Source: a virus (taxonomy: Duplodnaviria > Heunggongvirae > Uroviricota > Caudoviricetes). From it: a stretch of 39,096 nucleotides of DNA. Positions within the stretch are counted from its first letter, which is position 1. Every line of letters starts with the position of its first letter. Below the pieces are notes generated by a model. That model was not told the DNA's origin. It ran no database searches and saw only the letters and a program-made list of their open reading frames with translations. Shown here one piece after another: positions 9,286-22,852 of this stretch. Made by a program: the position numbers and the translations under genes. Location of the stretch: the IMG/VR virus record IMGVR_UViG_2851971941_000002; one strand, 5' to 3'.

Positions 9286-11843
9286 CGTCCACCTCCGGAG
9301 AACAGGCCACCATCACGCATCTGTGTCTGAATTTCATCACGGGCACCCTTGCGGGCCATGTCATACACCGCCTTCAGAGCAGCCGGACCTATCTGCCCGT
9401 TCGTGCCGTCGTTGTTAATCACCACATGGTTATTCTGCTCAAACGTCCCGGACGCCTGCGACCGGCTGTCTGCCATGCTGCCCGGTGTACCGACATAACC
9501 GCCGGTGGCATAGCCGCGCATCAGCCGGTAAAGATTCCCCACGCCAATCCGGCTGGTTGCCTCCTTCGTGAAGACAAACTCACCACGGTGAACAATCCCC
9601 GCTGGCTCATATTTGCCGCCGGTTCCCGTAAATCCTCCGGTTGCAAAATGGAATTTCGCCGCAGCGGCCTGAATGGCTGTACCGCCTGACGCGGATGCGC
9701 CGCCACCAACAGCCCCGCCAATGGCGCTGCCGATACTCCCGACAATCCCCACCATTGCCTGCTTAAGCAGAATTTCTGTCATCATGGACAGCACGGAACG
9801 GGTGAAGCTGCGCCAGTTCTGCTCACTGCCGGTCAGCATCGCCGCCATATTCTGTGCAATACCATCAAAGGTCTGCGTGGCTGCACTTTTTACCTGCGAC
9901 ATACTGTCCGTGGCGCTCTCTTCCCACTCACTCCAGCCGGACTTCAGGCCTGCCATCCAGTTCCCGCGAAGCTGGTCTTCAGCCGCCCAGGTCTTTTTCT
10001 GCTCTGACATGACGTTATTCAGCGCCAGCGGATTATCGCCATACTGTTCCTTCAGGCGCTGTTCCGTGGCTTCCCGTTCTGCCTGCCGGTCAGTCAGCCC
10101 CCGGCTTTTCGCATCAATGGCGGCCCGTTTTGCCCGTTGCTGCTGTGCGAATTTATCCGCCTGCTGCGCCAGCGCGTTCAGGCGCTCCTGATACGTAACC
10201 TTGTCGCCAAGTGCAGCCAGCTGGCGTTTGTACTCCAGCGTCTCATCTTTATGCGCCAGCAGGGATTTCTCCTGTGCAGACAGCTGGCGACGTTGCGCCG
10301 CCTCCTCCAGTACCGCGAACTGACTCTCCGCCTTCCACAAATCCCGGCGCTGCTGGCTGATTTTCTCATTTGCTCCGGCATGCTTCTCCAGCGTCCGGAG
10401 TTCAGCCTGAAGCGTCAGCAGGGCAGCATGAGCACTGTCTTCCTGACGATCGCCCGCAGACACCTTCACGCCGGACTGCTTCGGCTTTTTCAGTGTCGTT
10501 TCATAGTCCTTTTTCGCTGCCGCCATCAGCGTGTTGTAATCTGCCTGCAGGATTTTTCCGTCTTTCAGGGCCTTATTCAGTTCTTCCTGACGGGCGGCAT
10601 ATTTCTCCAGCGGCGTCTGCAGCCGTTCGTAAGCCTTCTGCGCCTCTTCGGTATATTTCAGCCGTGACGCTTCGGTATCGCTCTGCTGCTGCGCATTTTT
10701 GTCCTGTTGACTCTGCTGTTCAGCCTTCTTTCGGGCGGCTTCAAGCGCAAGACGGGCCTTTTCACGATCATCCCAGTAACGCGCCCGCGCTTCATCGTTA
10801 ACAAAATAATCATCCTTGCGCAGATTCCAGATGTCGTCTGCTTTCTTAAACGCAGCCTCTGCCTTAATCAGCATCTCCTGCGCGGTATCAGGACGACCAA
10901 TATCCAGCACCGCATCCCACATGGATTTGAATGCCCGCGCAGTCCTGTCTGCCCAGGTCTCCAGCGTGCCCATGTTCTCTTTCAGGCGGCGGGTCTGGTC
11001 ATCAAACCCTTTCGTTGCGGCCTCGTTCGCCGCCTGCAATGCCCCGGCTTCATCGCCGGAACGCTGCAACTGAGCAACATACGCAATCTGCTCCGCCGTC
11101 ACGTTATGGAACTGGCGTGCCATCGCCGTCAGCCCCGACGTCGGGTCTGTGGTCAGCTTCCCGAAGGCTTCAGCGACCTTGTCCACCTCCACGCCGGATG
11201 CAGAGGAGAAACGCGCCACACTCTGGCTGATGGACGCAATCTGAGCCTCACCGCTTACCCCCGCCTTAACCAGTGCGCTGAGTGACTCGCTGGTCTGGTT
11301 AAACGTCAGCCCAGCCGCCTGCCCGGCTCTGGACAGGACCAGCATACGATCTGCCGTCAGACCCGCCTGATTGCCGGAAAGGACCAGCGTTTTGTTGAAA
11401 TCGGACAGGGTTGAGTTGCCCTGATACCAGGCATACGCCAGCGCACCGGTCGCCACCGCCAGCGAGGTGGCCCCCACCATCGGCAGGGTGATCGCACCGG
11501 CAAGCCCCCTGAACATGGGGATCATCCCGCCGAAGGAGTCCTTCACCTGCCCCCCCTGTTGCAGCAGGATCAGCCACGGACTTTGCCCGCCTGCAAGCTG
11601 CGTGGCCACGTCGGTGAACTGTGCAGGCAGCATACGCATGGCGGCTTTATACTGCCCGACGGAAATCCCCGCTTTCTGTGCAGCCAGCGCCTGTCGGCTC
11701 AGCGACTGTTCAACGACTGCCGCTGTTTTTTTCGCATCACTTTCCGTACCGGAAAAATGACGCCTGACTCTGGCCATCTGCTCGTCAAATCTGGCCGCAT
11801 CCAGACTCAAATCAACGACCAGATCGCCTACCGGTTCAGCCAT
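9282..11843 (-). CDS. H: tail tape measure protein H
   Basis: 853 aa, same length as lambda H; N-terminus MAEPVGDLVVDLSLDAARFDEQMARVRRHFSGTESDAKKTAAVVEQSL; coiled-coil-rich middle; position after G/T. Confidence 0.95.
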   Translation of the reverse strand: MAEPVGDLVVDLSLDAARFDEQMARVRRHFSGTESDAKKTAAVVEQSLSRQALAAQKAGISVGQYKAAMRMLPAQFTDVATQLAGGQSPWLILLQQGGQVKDSFGGMIPMFRGLAGAITLPMVGATSLAVATGALAYAWYQGNSTLSDFNKTLVLSGNQAGLTADRMLVLSRAGQAAGLTFNQTSESLSALVKAGVSGEAQIASISQSVARFSSASGVEVDKVAEAFGKLTTDPTSGLTAMARQFHNVTAEQIAYVAQLQRSGDEAGALQAANEAATKGFDDQTRRLKENMGTLETWADRTARAFKSMWDAVLDIGRPDTAQEMLIKAEAAFKKADDIWNLRKDDYFVNDEARARYWDDREKARLALEAARKKAEQQSQQDKNAQQQSDTEASRLKYTEEAQKAYERLQTPLEKYAARQEELNKALKDGKILQADYNTLMAAAKKDYETTLKKPKQSGVKVSAGDRQEDSAHAALLTLQAELRTLEKHAGANEKISQQRRDLWKAESQFAVLEEAAQRRQLSAQEKSLLAHKDETLEYKRQLAALGDKVTYQERLNALAQQADKFAQQQRAKRAAIDAKSRGLTDRQAEREATEQRLKEQYGDNPLALNNVMSEQKKTWAAEDQLRGNWMAGLKSGWSEWEESATDSMSQVKSAATQTFDGIAQNMAAMLTGSEQNWRSFTRSVLSMMTEILLKQAMVGIVGSIGSAIGGAVGGGASASGGTAIQAAAAKFHFATGGFTGTGGKYEPAGIVHRGEFVFTKEATSRIGVGNLYRLMRGYATGGYVGTPGSMADSRSQASGTFEQNNHVVINNDGTNGQIGPAALKAVYDMARKGARDEIQTQMRDGGLFSGGGR

Positions 11844-12270
11844 ACCGGACTCCTCCTGCGATCCCTTCTGATACTGTCATCAGCATTACGTCATCCTCCG
11901 TCATGTCCGCCACATCCGGGGAAGCGGGGATAACTTCATTCCCGTCCGGGCCAAAGCGGACACCTCCGGCAAGCCCTGCCGCTTTCTGCATCAGCACATC
12001 ATCTTCAGGCTCTTCGTCAGCCTCGCGCCGGTTCAGCAGACTGAAATCCAGCGGATGCATATCCGGATCGCTGAAAAACAGGCTGAGCACGGTGTACGTC
12101 AGCCCGGAAAAGTGCATATCCAGCAGAACATCATGAAAATAATGGGTACTGTAAAAGCGGTGCCAGTCGGCATACTCCGTGGATGACATCCCGGCAAGCA
12201 TGGCACGCCAGTCGGGTCGCCCCATCTCACGCGCCAGTTTCAGGGCAAAACTCAGCTCACCGTCGAACAC
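11836..12270 (-). CDS. T: tail assembly chaperone T frame (made only as a G-T fusion by -1 frameshifting)
   Basis: 144-aa frame MFDGELSFALKLAREMGRPDWRAMLAGMSSTEYADWHRFY matches the lambda T frame as recalled; overlaps the 3' end of G at the slippery site. Confidence 0.85.
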   Translation of the reverse strand: MFDGELSFALKLAREMGRPDWRAMLAGMSSTEYADWHRFYSTHYFHDVLLDMHFSGLTYTVLSLFFSDPDMHPLDFSLLNRREADEEPEDDVLMQKAAGLAGGVRFGPDGNEVIPASPDVADMTEDDVMLMTVSEGIAGGVRYG

Positions 12271-12674
12271 TTTCCCGCAGAAACAGGCTCTGCAGGCCCG
12301 GCGTCCTCTGCCTGTTCGGGGGCATTATTCACCACAAACTCATACATACCGGACAGCCGGTACACCACGTTTTCAGCATGAGAAATTGCCTCTGTGGGCC
12401 AGGTGGTAAGCACTTCCTGCTCAATCTGTTTAACGGCTTCATTCATGGACGGCATCTGCGTCTTCTTCGGATGGTTATGCCACAGGGACATCGCCACCAG
12501 AAACGCGCCGGTTCTGATGACGTCTTCCACAGTAACCTGCCGGTTGCTGTCGGATCCCGCCGGTTCTGCCTGCCGTTTCATCAGGGCAAGATGCTCAATA
12601 CGCTGCAGGGCTGACAGTTCAGAAAGCGTGACGGTCACGCCGTTATATTCAAATGATTCGGTTTTCAGGAACAT
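12252..12674 (-). CDS. G: tail assembly chaperone G
   Basis: 140 aa; MFLKTESFEYNGVTVTLSELSALQRIEHLALMKRQAEPAGSDSNRQVTVEDVIRTGAFLVAMSLWHNHP matches lambda G as recalled. Confidence 0.95.
   Translation of the reverse strand: MFLKTESFEYNGVTVTLSELSALQRIEHLALMKRQAEPAGSDSNRQVTVEDVIRTGAFLVAMSLWHNHPKKTQMPSMNEAVKQIEQEVLTTWPTEAISHAENVVYRLSGMYEFVVNNAPEQAEDAGPAEPVSAGKCSTVS
12270..12276 (-). promoter_or_regulatory. -1 programmed ribosomal frameshift slippery heptamer GGGAAAG (G to G-T)
   Basis: Plus strand reads CTTTCCC, i.e. GGGAAAG on the coding strand at the G/T overlap, the same slippery sequence used by lambda G-T. Confidence 0.75.
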
Positions 12675-12689
12675 CGCTGACTCTCCGGA

Positions 12690-13430
12690 TTAACTGGCGG
12701 TGACGGTGATTTCTGCAACCGCAGCAAACTCACCATTACCGGATACAACCGGAATGTTGACCTTGCCTGCAGCAACGCCGTTCACGGTGATGGTCATACC
12801 GCTGACCGACACGGTGGCTTTTGTTTTATCCGCAGACACCGCACGGAAGCTCTTGTCGGTTGCGCCCTCCGGCTGGAATGCCACGGTCAGCGTAGTGCTC
12901 TGCCCTTTCACTACGGAAGCACTGGCGGGTGTCACCGTCATGCCGGTTGTCGCCGTCACCGTGCTGCGATCTTCTGCCATCGACGGACGTCCCACGTTGG
13001 TGACTTTCACCGTGCGGGTGATCACTTCCTTCGCCGTCACCGCCTTACCGATACTGCTGACCCAGCCGCGGAACACATCGACCGTGCCGTTCGGGAAGCG
13101 GATTTTATAGGCACGGGTATCCCCTTCATTAAACCACGCCAGCAGCGCCTGCTGCCCCTGCTCTCCGGGCATCCACGCCAGCGTGAAGCTGGTATCTCCG
13201 GCAGATTTCTGCCCCTGCCCGGTCGCAGTCCAGTCCGCATCTTCATCATCGAGATAGCTGTCGTCATAGGACTCAGCGCTCAGTTCGCCGGGCGTCAGGT
13301 CTTTAACTTTAGCCAGACGCGACCAGTCAACGTCTGAAAGCGGGTTCGCATAAGGGTCACCGTTCCCCTTATAAACCCACAGGGTGGTCCCGGCCCCTTT
13401 CACCGGCATTACTGGATTTGGTACAGGCAT
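12690..13430 (-). CDS. V: major tail tube protein V (with C-terminal Ig-like domain)
   Basis: [57 protein letters not shown] matches lambda V as recalled; ATG at 13430 preferred over the upstream ORF-track start at 13460. Confidence 0.95.
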   Translation of the reverse strand: MPVPNPVMPVKGAGTTLWVYKGNGDPYANPLSDVDWSRLAKVKDLTPGELSAESYDDSYLDDEDADWTATGQGQKSAGDTSFTLAWMPGEQGQQALLAWFNEGDTRAYKIRFPNGTVDVFRGWVSSIGKAVTAKEVITRTVKVTNVGRPSMAEDRSTVTATTGMTVTPASASVVKGQSTTLTVAFQPEGATDKSFRAVSADKTKATVSVSGMTITVNGVAAGKVNIPVVSGNGEFAAVAEITVTAS

Positions 13431-13437
13431 ATCGTCC

Positions 13438-13833
13438 TCACATTTCATAGGTAATGACATAAGTCAGATCGGCTGAACTCCACAGGCCCGCATCATCGTC
13501 GCGCCGGTAGTCATAGCCACTGGCCACCATACTGGTGATCAAATCTGACAGTGCCGGGACATCGCTCATCACCGGATAAATCCGGGACTCCATCCACGAA
13601 TCCAGCTCTGAATCCGGCACCTGAGCAGGCAGGAAAACTTCAATATGCAGCTCCGCCTGCCAGGTATCGCTGTCCAGCTCTTCGCCCGTGTATTCAGCGC
13701 CGGTGAGATAAACGGCAACTGCCGGAAAATCCTCCTCATCAAAAACAGCGGGGCGACCATCAAAAAGCGTCGCCCCGGTGTCATGTTTTTCCAGTGCATC
13801 CAGTACGGCTGCACGGAGTTCTGTATGTTTCAT
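13438..13833 (-). CDS. U: tail terminator protein U
   Basis: 131 aa; [52 protein letters not shown] matches lambda U as recalled. Confidence 0.95.
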   Translation of the reverse strand: MKHTELRAAVLDALEKHDTGATLFDGRPAVFDEEDFPAVAVYLTGAEYTGEELDSDTWQAELHIEVFLPAQVPDSELDSWMESRIYPVMSDVPALSDLITSMVASGYDYRRDDDAGLWSSADLTYVITYEM

Positions 13834-14408
13834 CGCTTTATTACCATCCTCAGTTGATGCTGCAGCGCATAGCCCAGCTCTTTCGGAAGACGTTCACGCC
13901 GTATCCGCTCAATATTCTGTTTAAACGCCGTGGTCAGCGGCACTGCCATCGGGATTTTCACCACATCAATGGGGTAACGGTTTTTCCCGGCCACACGCTG
14001 CATGACATGCCACCGGCCATTTTTCAGTTGCTGAATAAACGCGCCGGGAATACGACGGTTTCCCACCACAAGCACGCTGTCGCCACCTTTCAGGGATGAA
14101 CGCTGCCCCTTTTTACGACGCCTGCGTCGGGACAGGACAACCCGCGCGTTACCCAGCCTGATTACGGGCAAATCCCCCCGGTTAACCTTGATTCTGGCCT
14201 GCGGATTTTTGACCGTGGCCCTTTTCAGCCTGGCCCTTTCCTTTACCAGTTTCCGGCGTACCTTTGTCTCACGGGCAACCTGTGACGCCGACTGCGATAT
14301 CGCGGATGAAGCAACGCGGTTAATGGCCATTGCGGCGGCACCGGGCACCGCCGTTCTGCTGATACGGCTGAGGTTTTCAACGGCCTGCTCAAGACCTTTT
14401 ATGGCCAT
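13830..14408 (-). CDS. Z: tail completion protein Z
   Basis: 192 aa; MAIKGLEQAVENLSRISRTAVPGAAAMAINRVASSAISQSASQVARETKVRRK matches lambda Z as recalled. Confidence 0.95.
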   Translation of the reverse strand: MAIKGLEQAVENLSRISRTAVPGAAAMAINRVASSAISQSASQVARETKVRRKLVKERARLKRATVKNPQARIKVNRGDLPVIRLGNARVVLSRRRRRKKGQRSSLKGGDSVLVVGNRRIPGAFIQQLKNGRWHVMQRVAGKNRYPIDVVKIPMAVPLTTAFKQNIERIRRERLPKELGYALQHQLRMVIKR

Positions 14409-14419
14409 ACATCCCCCTT

Positions 14420-14773
14420 TCAGCGGCGACGGTTAACGGCAGGCGGTACGCCCCGCCCAAGCCAGAGATGACAGCTTCCGCCATCATCCGGCGAAATCCG
14501 GTCTATCCAGAAGTTTTCCTCACCGATGGTCAGCGTGTCGCCGCGCCGCAGCTGCCGCACATCATCAGTCCGGACAAACAGGGACGGGCTGGAGCCTTCA
14601 ACGCGCACGCCCTGTCCGGCATAGCTGATATTTTCAGGGTCATCAAAAACACCACGTATCACAGCACCGGACTGCTCACCGGATGTCATGGTGGCTGACG
14701 TTCCCATGTACCCGCGTATCGTTTCATCGGCGCGGGCAATGGCAGCATCGAACAGGTTATCGAAATCAGCCAC
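14420..14773 (-). CDS. FII: head-tail connector protein FII
   Basis: 117 aa; MADFDNLFDAAIARADETIRGYMGTSATMTSGEQSGAVIRGVFDDPENISYAGQGVRVEGSSPSLFVRTDD matches lambda FII as recalled. Confidence 0.95.
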   Translation of the reverse strand: MADFDNLFDAAIARADETIRGYMGTSATMTSGEQSGAVIRGVFDDPENISYAGQGVRVEGSSPSLFVRTDDVRQLRRGDTLTIGEENFWIDRISPDDGGSCHLWLGRGVPPAVNRRR

Positions 14774-14784
14774 AGCGCCTCCCG

Positions 14785-15180
14785 TTATTGCATTCTGGCC
14801 AGGCCGCGCTCTGTCATTTCAGCTGCCACACCGGCAGAGACACGGAACGCCGTTCCCGGCAGCACAAATGCCACAGGTTCATCCCGCGTGGCGTGAAGTG
14901 CATCAGTATGCAGCGTCACCAGTGCCACAACCGTGACCAGATCAGCCGTATCAGTCACGGTATCCGGCTGCGCTGATACCACCTCATTTTCATGTCCGGT
15001 CAGCGCATTTTCCGGGCTGACAGATGTGTCCTGACCGGCAGCGTCATCCGTGTCATCAAGCTCCTCTTCCAGCTCTGCCACACGGAGCGCCAGTTCTTCT
15101 TTCGTCCCCGTCAGGCTGACATCACGGTTCAGTTGTTCACCCAGCGAGCGGAGACGGGCAATCAGTTCATCTTTCGTCAT
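14785..15180 (-). CDS. FI: DNA packaging protein FI
   Basis: MTKDELIARLRSLGEQLNRDVSLTGTKEELALRVAELEEELDD matches lambda FI as recalled; ATG at 15180 gives 131 aa; the ORF-track start at 15249 is a likely artefactual extension. Confidence 0.9.
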   Translation of the reverse strand: MTKDELIARLRSLGEQLNRDVSLTGTKEELALRVAELEEELDDTDDAAGQDTSVSPENALTGHENEVVSAQPDTVTDTADLVTVVALVTLHTDALHATRDEPVAFVLPGTAFRVSAGVAAEMTERGLARMQ

Positions 15181-15220
15181 GGACTCCTCCACCGAGAGAA
15201 ATGGCCCCGAAGGGCCATGA

Positions 15221-16246
15221 TTACGCCAGTTGTACGGACACGAACTCATCAGGATCAGCCAGCAGCATCAGCGGTGCTGACTGAATCATGGTGAACTCAC
15301 GCGCCGGATCGCCGGTGGTCACCCAGTTTTTCGGGTAACGGGCAGAGGCGTTAATGCCTTCGCGCTGTGCGTCCGCATCCTGAATGCAGCCATAGGTGCG
15401 CAGACCGCGAGCCTGAGTGTTCCCCAGCACCATCGTGTTGTCCGGCAGGAAGTTCTTTTTGACGCCGTTTTCCACGTACTGTCCGGAATACACGACGATG
15501 GCCACATCGCCATACATTCCCTTATAGGACACCGCTTTGCCCAAGTCTTTTACCGCTGTCTCCAGCTCGGAATGAGAGCCGCGACGGGTATCCAGCTTCT
15601 CCTTGACGGCTTTGAAGGAACGGAACAGCGCCCAGCCTTTCGGATCAAACACGATGATATTCACCACACCGCTGGCGTTCAGCGCGTAGGCTTCGATATC
15701 GTCGGTCGGGTCATACGTGGACTTGTCACGCTTGCTCCACTCCGTGCCGCCGGACTGCGTGATGTTATTCGCCTCACTGCGGCCCATATCCACCTCAACC
15801 GGATCGAAGGCTTCACCGGTCATGGTATATTTGCCCTTAAGCACGGCAGAAACTGCCTGCATCTCTTCGACCTGGGCAATCGCCAGATTTTCATCCAGCA
15901 TATTCTGCCGAATAATACGGCGACGACGGTAAGCCGGGTCAGCCAGGTTCTGCGGATCTTCATCCGGCAGGCGACGCAGGGTCATCTGCGGATTCACCTC
16001 ATGCTTGGGTTTGACATAACCCGGCGTAAATTCAGAGGTGGAGCCGCCACGGGATCGGATAACCTCACCGGAAACAATCGGCGAAACGTACAGCGCCATG
16101 TTTACCAGTCCCGGAATTTGTGAGAGATAGACTTTTTCCGTGGTGAAAGGATAGGTTTCACGGAAAAACAGGCGCAGAAACAGCGGATCGAACTTAAAGT
16201 GATGCTGGGTCGATGCCAGTAATTCTGCGGTTGTATATACAGACAT
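15221..16246 (-). CDS. E: major capsid protein E
   Basis: 341 aa, same length as lambda E; MSVYTTAELLASTQHHFKFDPLFLRLFFRETYPFTTEKVYLSQIPGLVNMALYVSPIVSGEVIRSRGGSTSEF matches lambda E as recalled. Confidence 0.97.
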   Translation of the reverse strand: MSVYTTAELLASTQHHFKFDPLFLRLFFRETYPFTTEKVYLSQIPGLVNMALYVSPIVSGEVIRSRGGSTSEFTPGYVKPKHEVNPQMTLRRLPDEDPQNLADPAYRRRRIIRQNMLDENLAIAQVEEMQAVSAVLKGKYTMTGEAFDPVEVDMGRSEANNITQSGGTEWSKRDKSTYDPTDDIEAYALNASGVVNIIVFDPKGWALFRSFKAVKEKLDTRRGSHSELETAVKDLGKAVSYKGMYGDVAIVVYSGQYVENGVKKNFLPDNTMVLGNTQARGLRTYGCIQDADAQREGINASARYPKNWVTTGDPAREFTMIQSAPLMLLADPDEFVSVQLA

Positions 16247-16259
16247 AAATTATTTCCAT

Positions 16260-16282
16260 AAAAAAAGCCGCACAGGCGGCCT
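16260..16282 (-). terminator. hairpin plus U-tract between D and E (terminator or RNA stability element)
   Basis: On the minus strand, GCCGCCTGTGCGGC stem-loop followed by TTTTTTTATGG, in the D-E intergenic space. Confidence 0.4.
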
Positions 16283-16301
16283 TTGTTGATGAAGGGGAAG
16301 A

Positions 16302-16634
16302 TTAAACGATGCTGATTGCCGTTCCGGCAAACGCGGTCCGTTTTTTAGTCTCGTCGCTGGCAGCCTCCGGCCAGAGCACATCCTCATAACGGAACGAGCC
16401 GGACTTGTAGAACGTCAGTGTGGTGCTGGTCTGGTCAGCAGCAACCGCCAGAATGCCAACGGCTGCACCGTCGGTGGTGCCATCCCACACAACCAGCTTA
16501 CGGGTAGTGCCATCCAGCATCAGCGGGGTCATTGCAGGCGTTTTCGCACTCAATCCGCCAGGCGCAATTGCTGTATGAGCCGGATCACTGTTACCCAGCG
16601 GCTGGTAATGGTTAAACTCTTCTTTTGTCGCCAT
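16302..16634 (-). CDS. D: capsid decoration protein D
   Basis: 110 aa; [32 protein letters not shown]...[40 protein letters not shown] matches lambda D as recalled. Confidence 0.95.
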   Translation of the reverse strand: MATKEEFNHYQPLGNSDPAHTAIAPGGLSAKTPAMTPLMLDGTTRKLVVWDGTTDGAAVGILAVAADQTSTTLTFYKSGSFRYEDVLWPEAASDETKKRTAFAGTAISIV

Positions 16635-16643
16635 AACTGCCTC

Positions 16644-17955
16644 TTATACCGGTAAAGCTTCAGGTGTATTAAGTAATTCTTTATTGGTATCAGATGCCAG
16701 GTTACCTGCAGCCAGCGGTGCCGGTGCACCCTGCATCAGACGATCCAGCGCAGTGTCACTGCGCGCCTGTGCACTCTGTGGTGCTGCAGCCAGAATGCGG
16801 CGGGCCGTTTCCACGGTCATTCCGGGGGTTTCTGCCAGAACGCGCGCCTGTTCTTCGCGTCCGTGAGCCTCCTCACAGTTGAGGATCCCCATAATGCGGC
16901 TGTTTTCTGCCGCAACCGCTGCGGTGATCTGCGCGTTCACGTCCGGCTGCGCCGCGCTGGCGTTTTCGCCCTCCGTCGCTGGCACCACGTCAGTAACGTC
17001 AGCCTGCGAAGCAGTGGCTGAAACAGTTGTTGATTGAGTCTCTTTGGTCATTCGCCCTCCTGAGAGACGGGATTTACGTGCATCCAGTGCCTCACGCATG
17101 ACGGTGATCGCATCGGTGCTGTTAACAAGTTCATCAGCCAGTCCGGCATCAATGGCCTCCTGACCGCTGTACACTGCTGCCTCGGTATCCAGCACAGCCT
17201 GCACGGACAGGCCGGTATATGCCGACACCTTCTGCGCAAACATCCGGCGGGTTGCATCCATCCGGGACTGCAGTGTTTCCCGGACATCATCCGGTAGATG
17301 GCTGTAGGGGTTGCCATCCACCTTATGGCTGCCGCTGTAAATCAGCGTGATTTCCACGCCCTGTTTCTCCAGCGCAGTGCCGTAATTACTGTGAGCCATC
17401 ATGACGCCGATGGAGCCTGTCCGGGCGGTCTGCGTGACCAGACGTCGGGAGGCGGCGCTGGCAAGCAGTTGACCTGCACTGCAGTTCATGTCGTTGGCCA
17501 GCGCCCATACCGGCTTTATGTCACGCACACGGGCGATGATGTCAGCGCAGTCAAATGCTCCCGCCACCATTCCGCCTGGCGTGTCCATATCGAGCAGAAT
17601 GCCGTCCACCATCGGGTCGCTGGCAGCCTGTTGCAGACGGGCGATAATGCCGTTGTAACCGGTCATCCCCGAGTACGGCTGCAGCGCCCGCGTCCGGCTG
17701 ACCAGCGTGCCGGACACCGGCAGCACGGCGATGCCGTTCATGACCTGATAACTGCGGGCCTGTCGTGGTCCGTCATCATCACCGGATAATGCCAGCGTCG
17801 CAAGTGCCTCCTGGGCAGTCAGGCTGTCGCCGGACACCGCATCCGTCAGGCGGCTGATCCCAAGCTGGCCTGCAAGCGCACAAAAGAAAACCCGCGCATA
17901 GGCGGGTTCAAGCATCAGCGGCTCATTAAAGGCCATGCTGGCAATATGCGGGAGA

Positions 17956-17975
<20 letters not shown>
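16644..17975 (-). CDS. C: capsid assembly protease C (scaffold Nu3 expected nested in-frame in the 3' part)
   Basis: After a GTG at 17975 the frame reads VTAELRNLPHIASMAFNEPLMLEPAYARVFFCALAGQLGISRLTD, matching the lambda C N-terminus as recalled; the 20-nt overlap with the B 3' end is as in lambda; the ORF-track start at 18089 is an upstream extension. Confidence 0.9.
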
Positions 17976-21656
<3,681 letters not shown>

Positions 21657-21682
<26 letters not shown>

Positions 21683-22202
21683 TCAGCAACCCCGGTATCA
21701 GTTCATCCAGCGCGGCTGCTTTGTTCATGGCTTTGATGATATCCCGTTTCAGGAAATCAACATGTCGGTTTTCCAGTTCCGGAAAACGCCGCTGCACCGA
21801 CAGGGGGATCCCGTCGAGAATACTGGCAATTTCACCTGCGATCCGCGACAGCACGAAAGTACAGAATGCGGTTTCCACCACTTCAGCGGAGTCTCTGGCA
21901 TTTTTCAGCTCCTGTGCGTCGGCCTGCGCACGCGTAAGTCGATGGCGTTCGTACTCAATAGTCCCTGGCTGGAGATCTGTCTCGCTGGCCTGTCGCAGTT
22001 CTTCAACCTCCCGGCGCAGCTTTTCGTTCTCAATTTCAGCATCCCTTTCGGCATACCATTTTATGACGTCGGCAGAGTCATAAAGCACCTCATTACCCTT
22101 CCCACCGCCTCGCAGAACGGGCATTCCCTGCTCCTGCCAGTTCTGAATAGTACGGATACTCGCGCCGAAAATGTCAGCCAGCTGCTTTTTGTTGACTTCC
22201 AT
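21657..22202 (-). CDS. nu1: terminase small subunit Nu1
   Basis: 181 aa; MEVNKKQLADIFGASIRTIQNWQEQGMPVLRGGGKGNEVLYDSADVIKWYAERDAEIENEKLRREVEELRQ matches lambda Nu1 as recalled. Confidence 0.95.
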
Positions 22203-22420
22203 TGCTCATTCCACGGACAAAAACAGAGAAAGGAAACGACAGAGGCCAAAAAGCCCGTTTTCAGCACCTGTCGTTTCCTTTCTTTTCAGGGAGTGTTTTA
22301 AATAAAAACATTAAGTTACGGCGAAGAAGAACGGAAACGCCTTAAACCGGAAAATTTTCATAAATAGCGAAAACCCGCGAGGTCGCCGCCCCGTAACCTG
22401 TTGGATCGACGGAAAGGACC
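22203..22420. promoter_or_regulatory. cos: cos site: cosN 12-nt cohesive-end sequence at 22380-22391 plus cosB (Nu1-binding R repeats) and the cosQ side
   Basis: Plus strand AGGTCGCCGCCC at 22380-22391 is the reverse complement of the lambda cohesive end GGGCGGCGACCT; flanks (CGCGGGTTTTCGCTATTTATGAAAATTTTCCGG on one side, CGTAACCTGTTGGATCG on the other) match the lambda end joint as recalled; GGAAACGACAG at 22232-22242 and its inverted copy CTGTCGTTTCC at 22269-22279 plus ACGGAAACGCC at 22331-22341 resemble the R3/R2/R1 sites. Confidence 0.85.
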
Positions 22421-22539
22421 CGAAAACGAGAATAATTATCACTTACAGCAAGAATCGAATCTGATCTATTATGGTGCTTGCTATTATGTGCCGGCACAAG
22501 TGCGTCGTTTACCGTCATTTCACACAGAGGCATCATCAA

Positions 22540-22791
22540 ATGAAAATCAGAAATATTCTCGCTATCTCCCTTGCGACATCATCCTTCAGTTGCCTGGCAT
22601 TTAAATCCTCGCCCAATGTGCTACCAGGACCAACGAATCAACTAACTGCGGTAGAAAGTAAAATTATCGGACATTTTTATGCCCCACACAGTACATTACC
22701 CGGAACAACCATCACAGGGACATGTGACGCCTCCCCCGTCCCGGGATGCACCTGTCCGTTTTGTACTATGCTGCGTAGCCAAAACCGATAA
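22540..22791 (+). CDS. hypothetical small secreted Cys-containing protein (83 aa)
   Basis: ATG at 22540 preceded by GAGG; predicted signal peptide MKIRNILAISLATSSFSCLA; four Cys in the mature C-terminus (TCDASPVPGCTCPFC); no family recognised. Confidence 0.4.
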   Translation: MKIRNILAISLATSSFSCLAFKSSPNVLPGPTNQLTAVESKIIGHFYAPHSTLPGTTITGTCDASPVPGCTCPFCTMLRSQNR

Positions 22792-22852
22792 CATCCGCAT
22801 TTACCTGGTATTCCATGATGAGTTCACGCAGCGACTGATAGAGGAAGGAAAG

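Noticed and set aside
9673-11285. Several 140-220-aa plus-strand ORFs inside H
   Set aside because: Antisense or off-frame to the 853-aa tape measure gene; no start context or homology.
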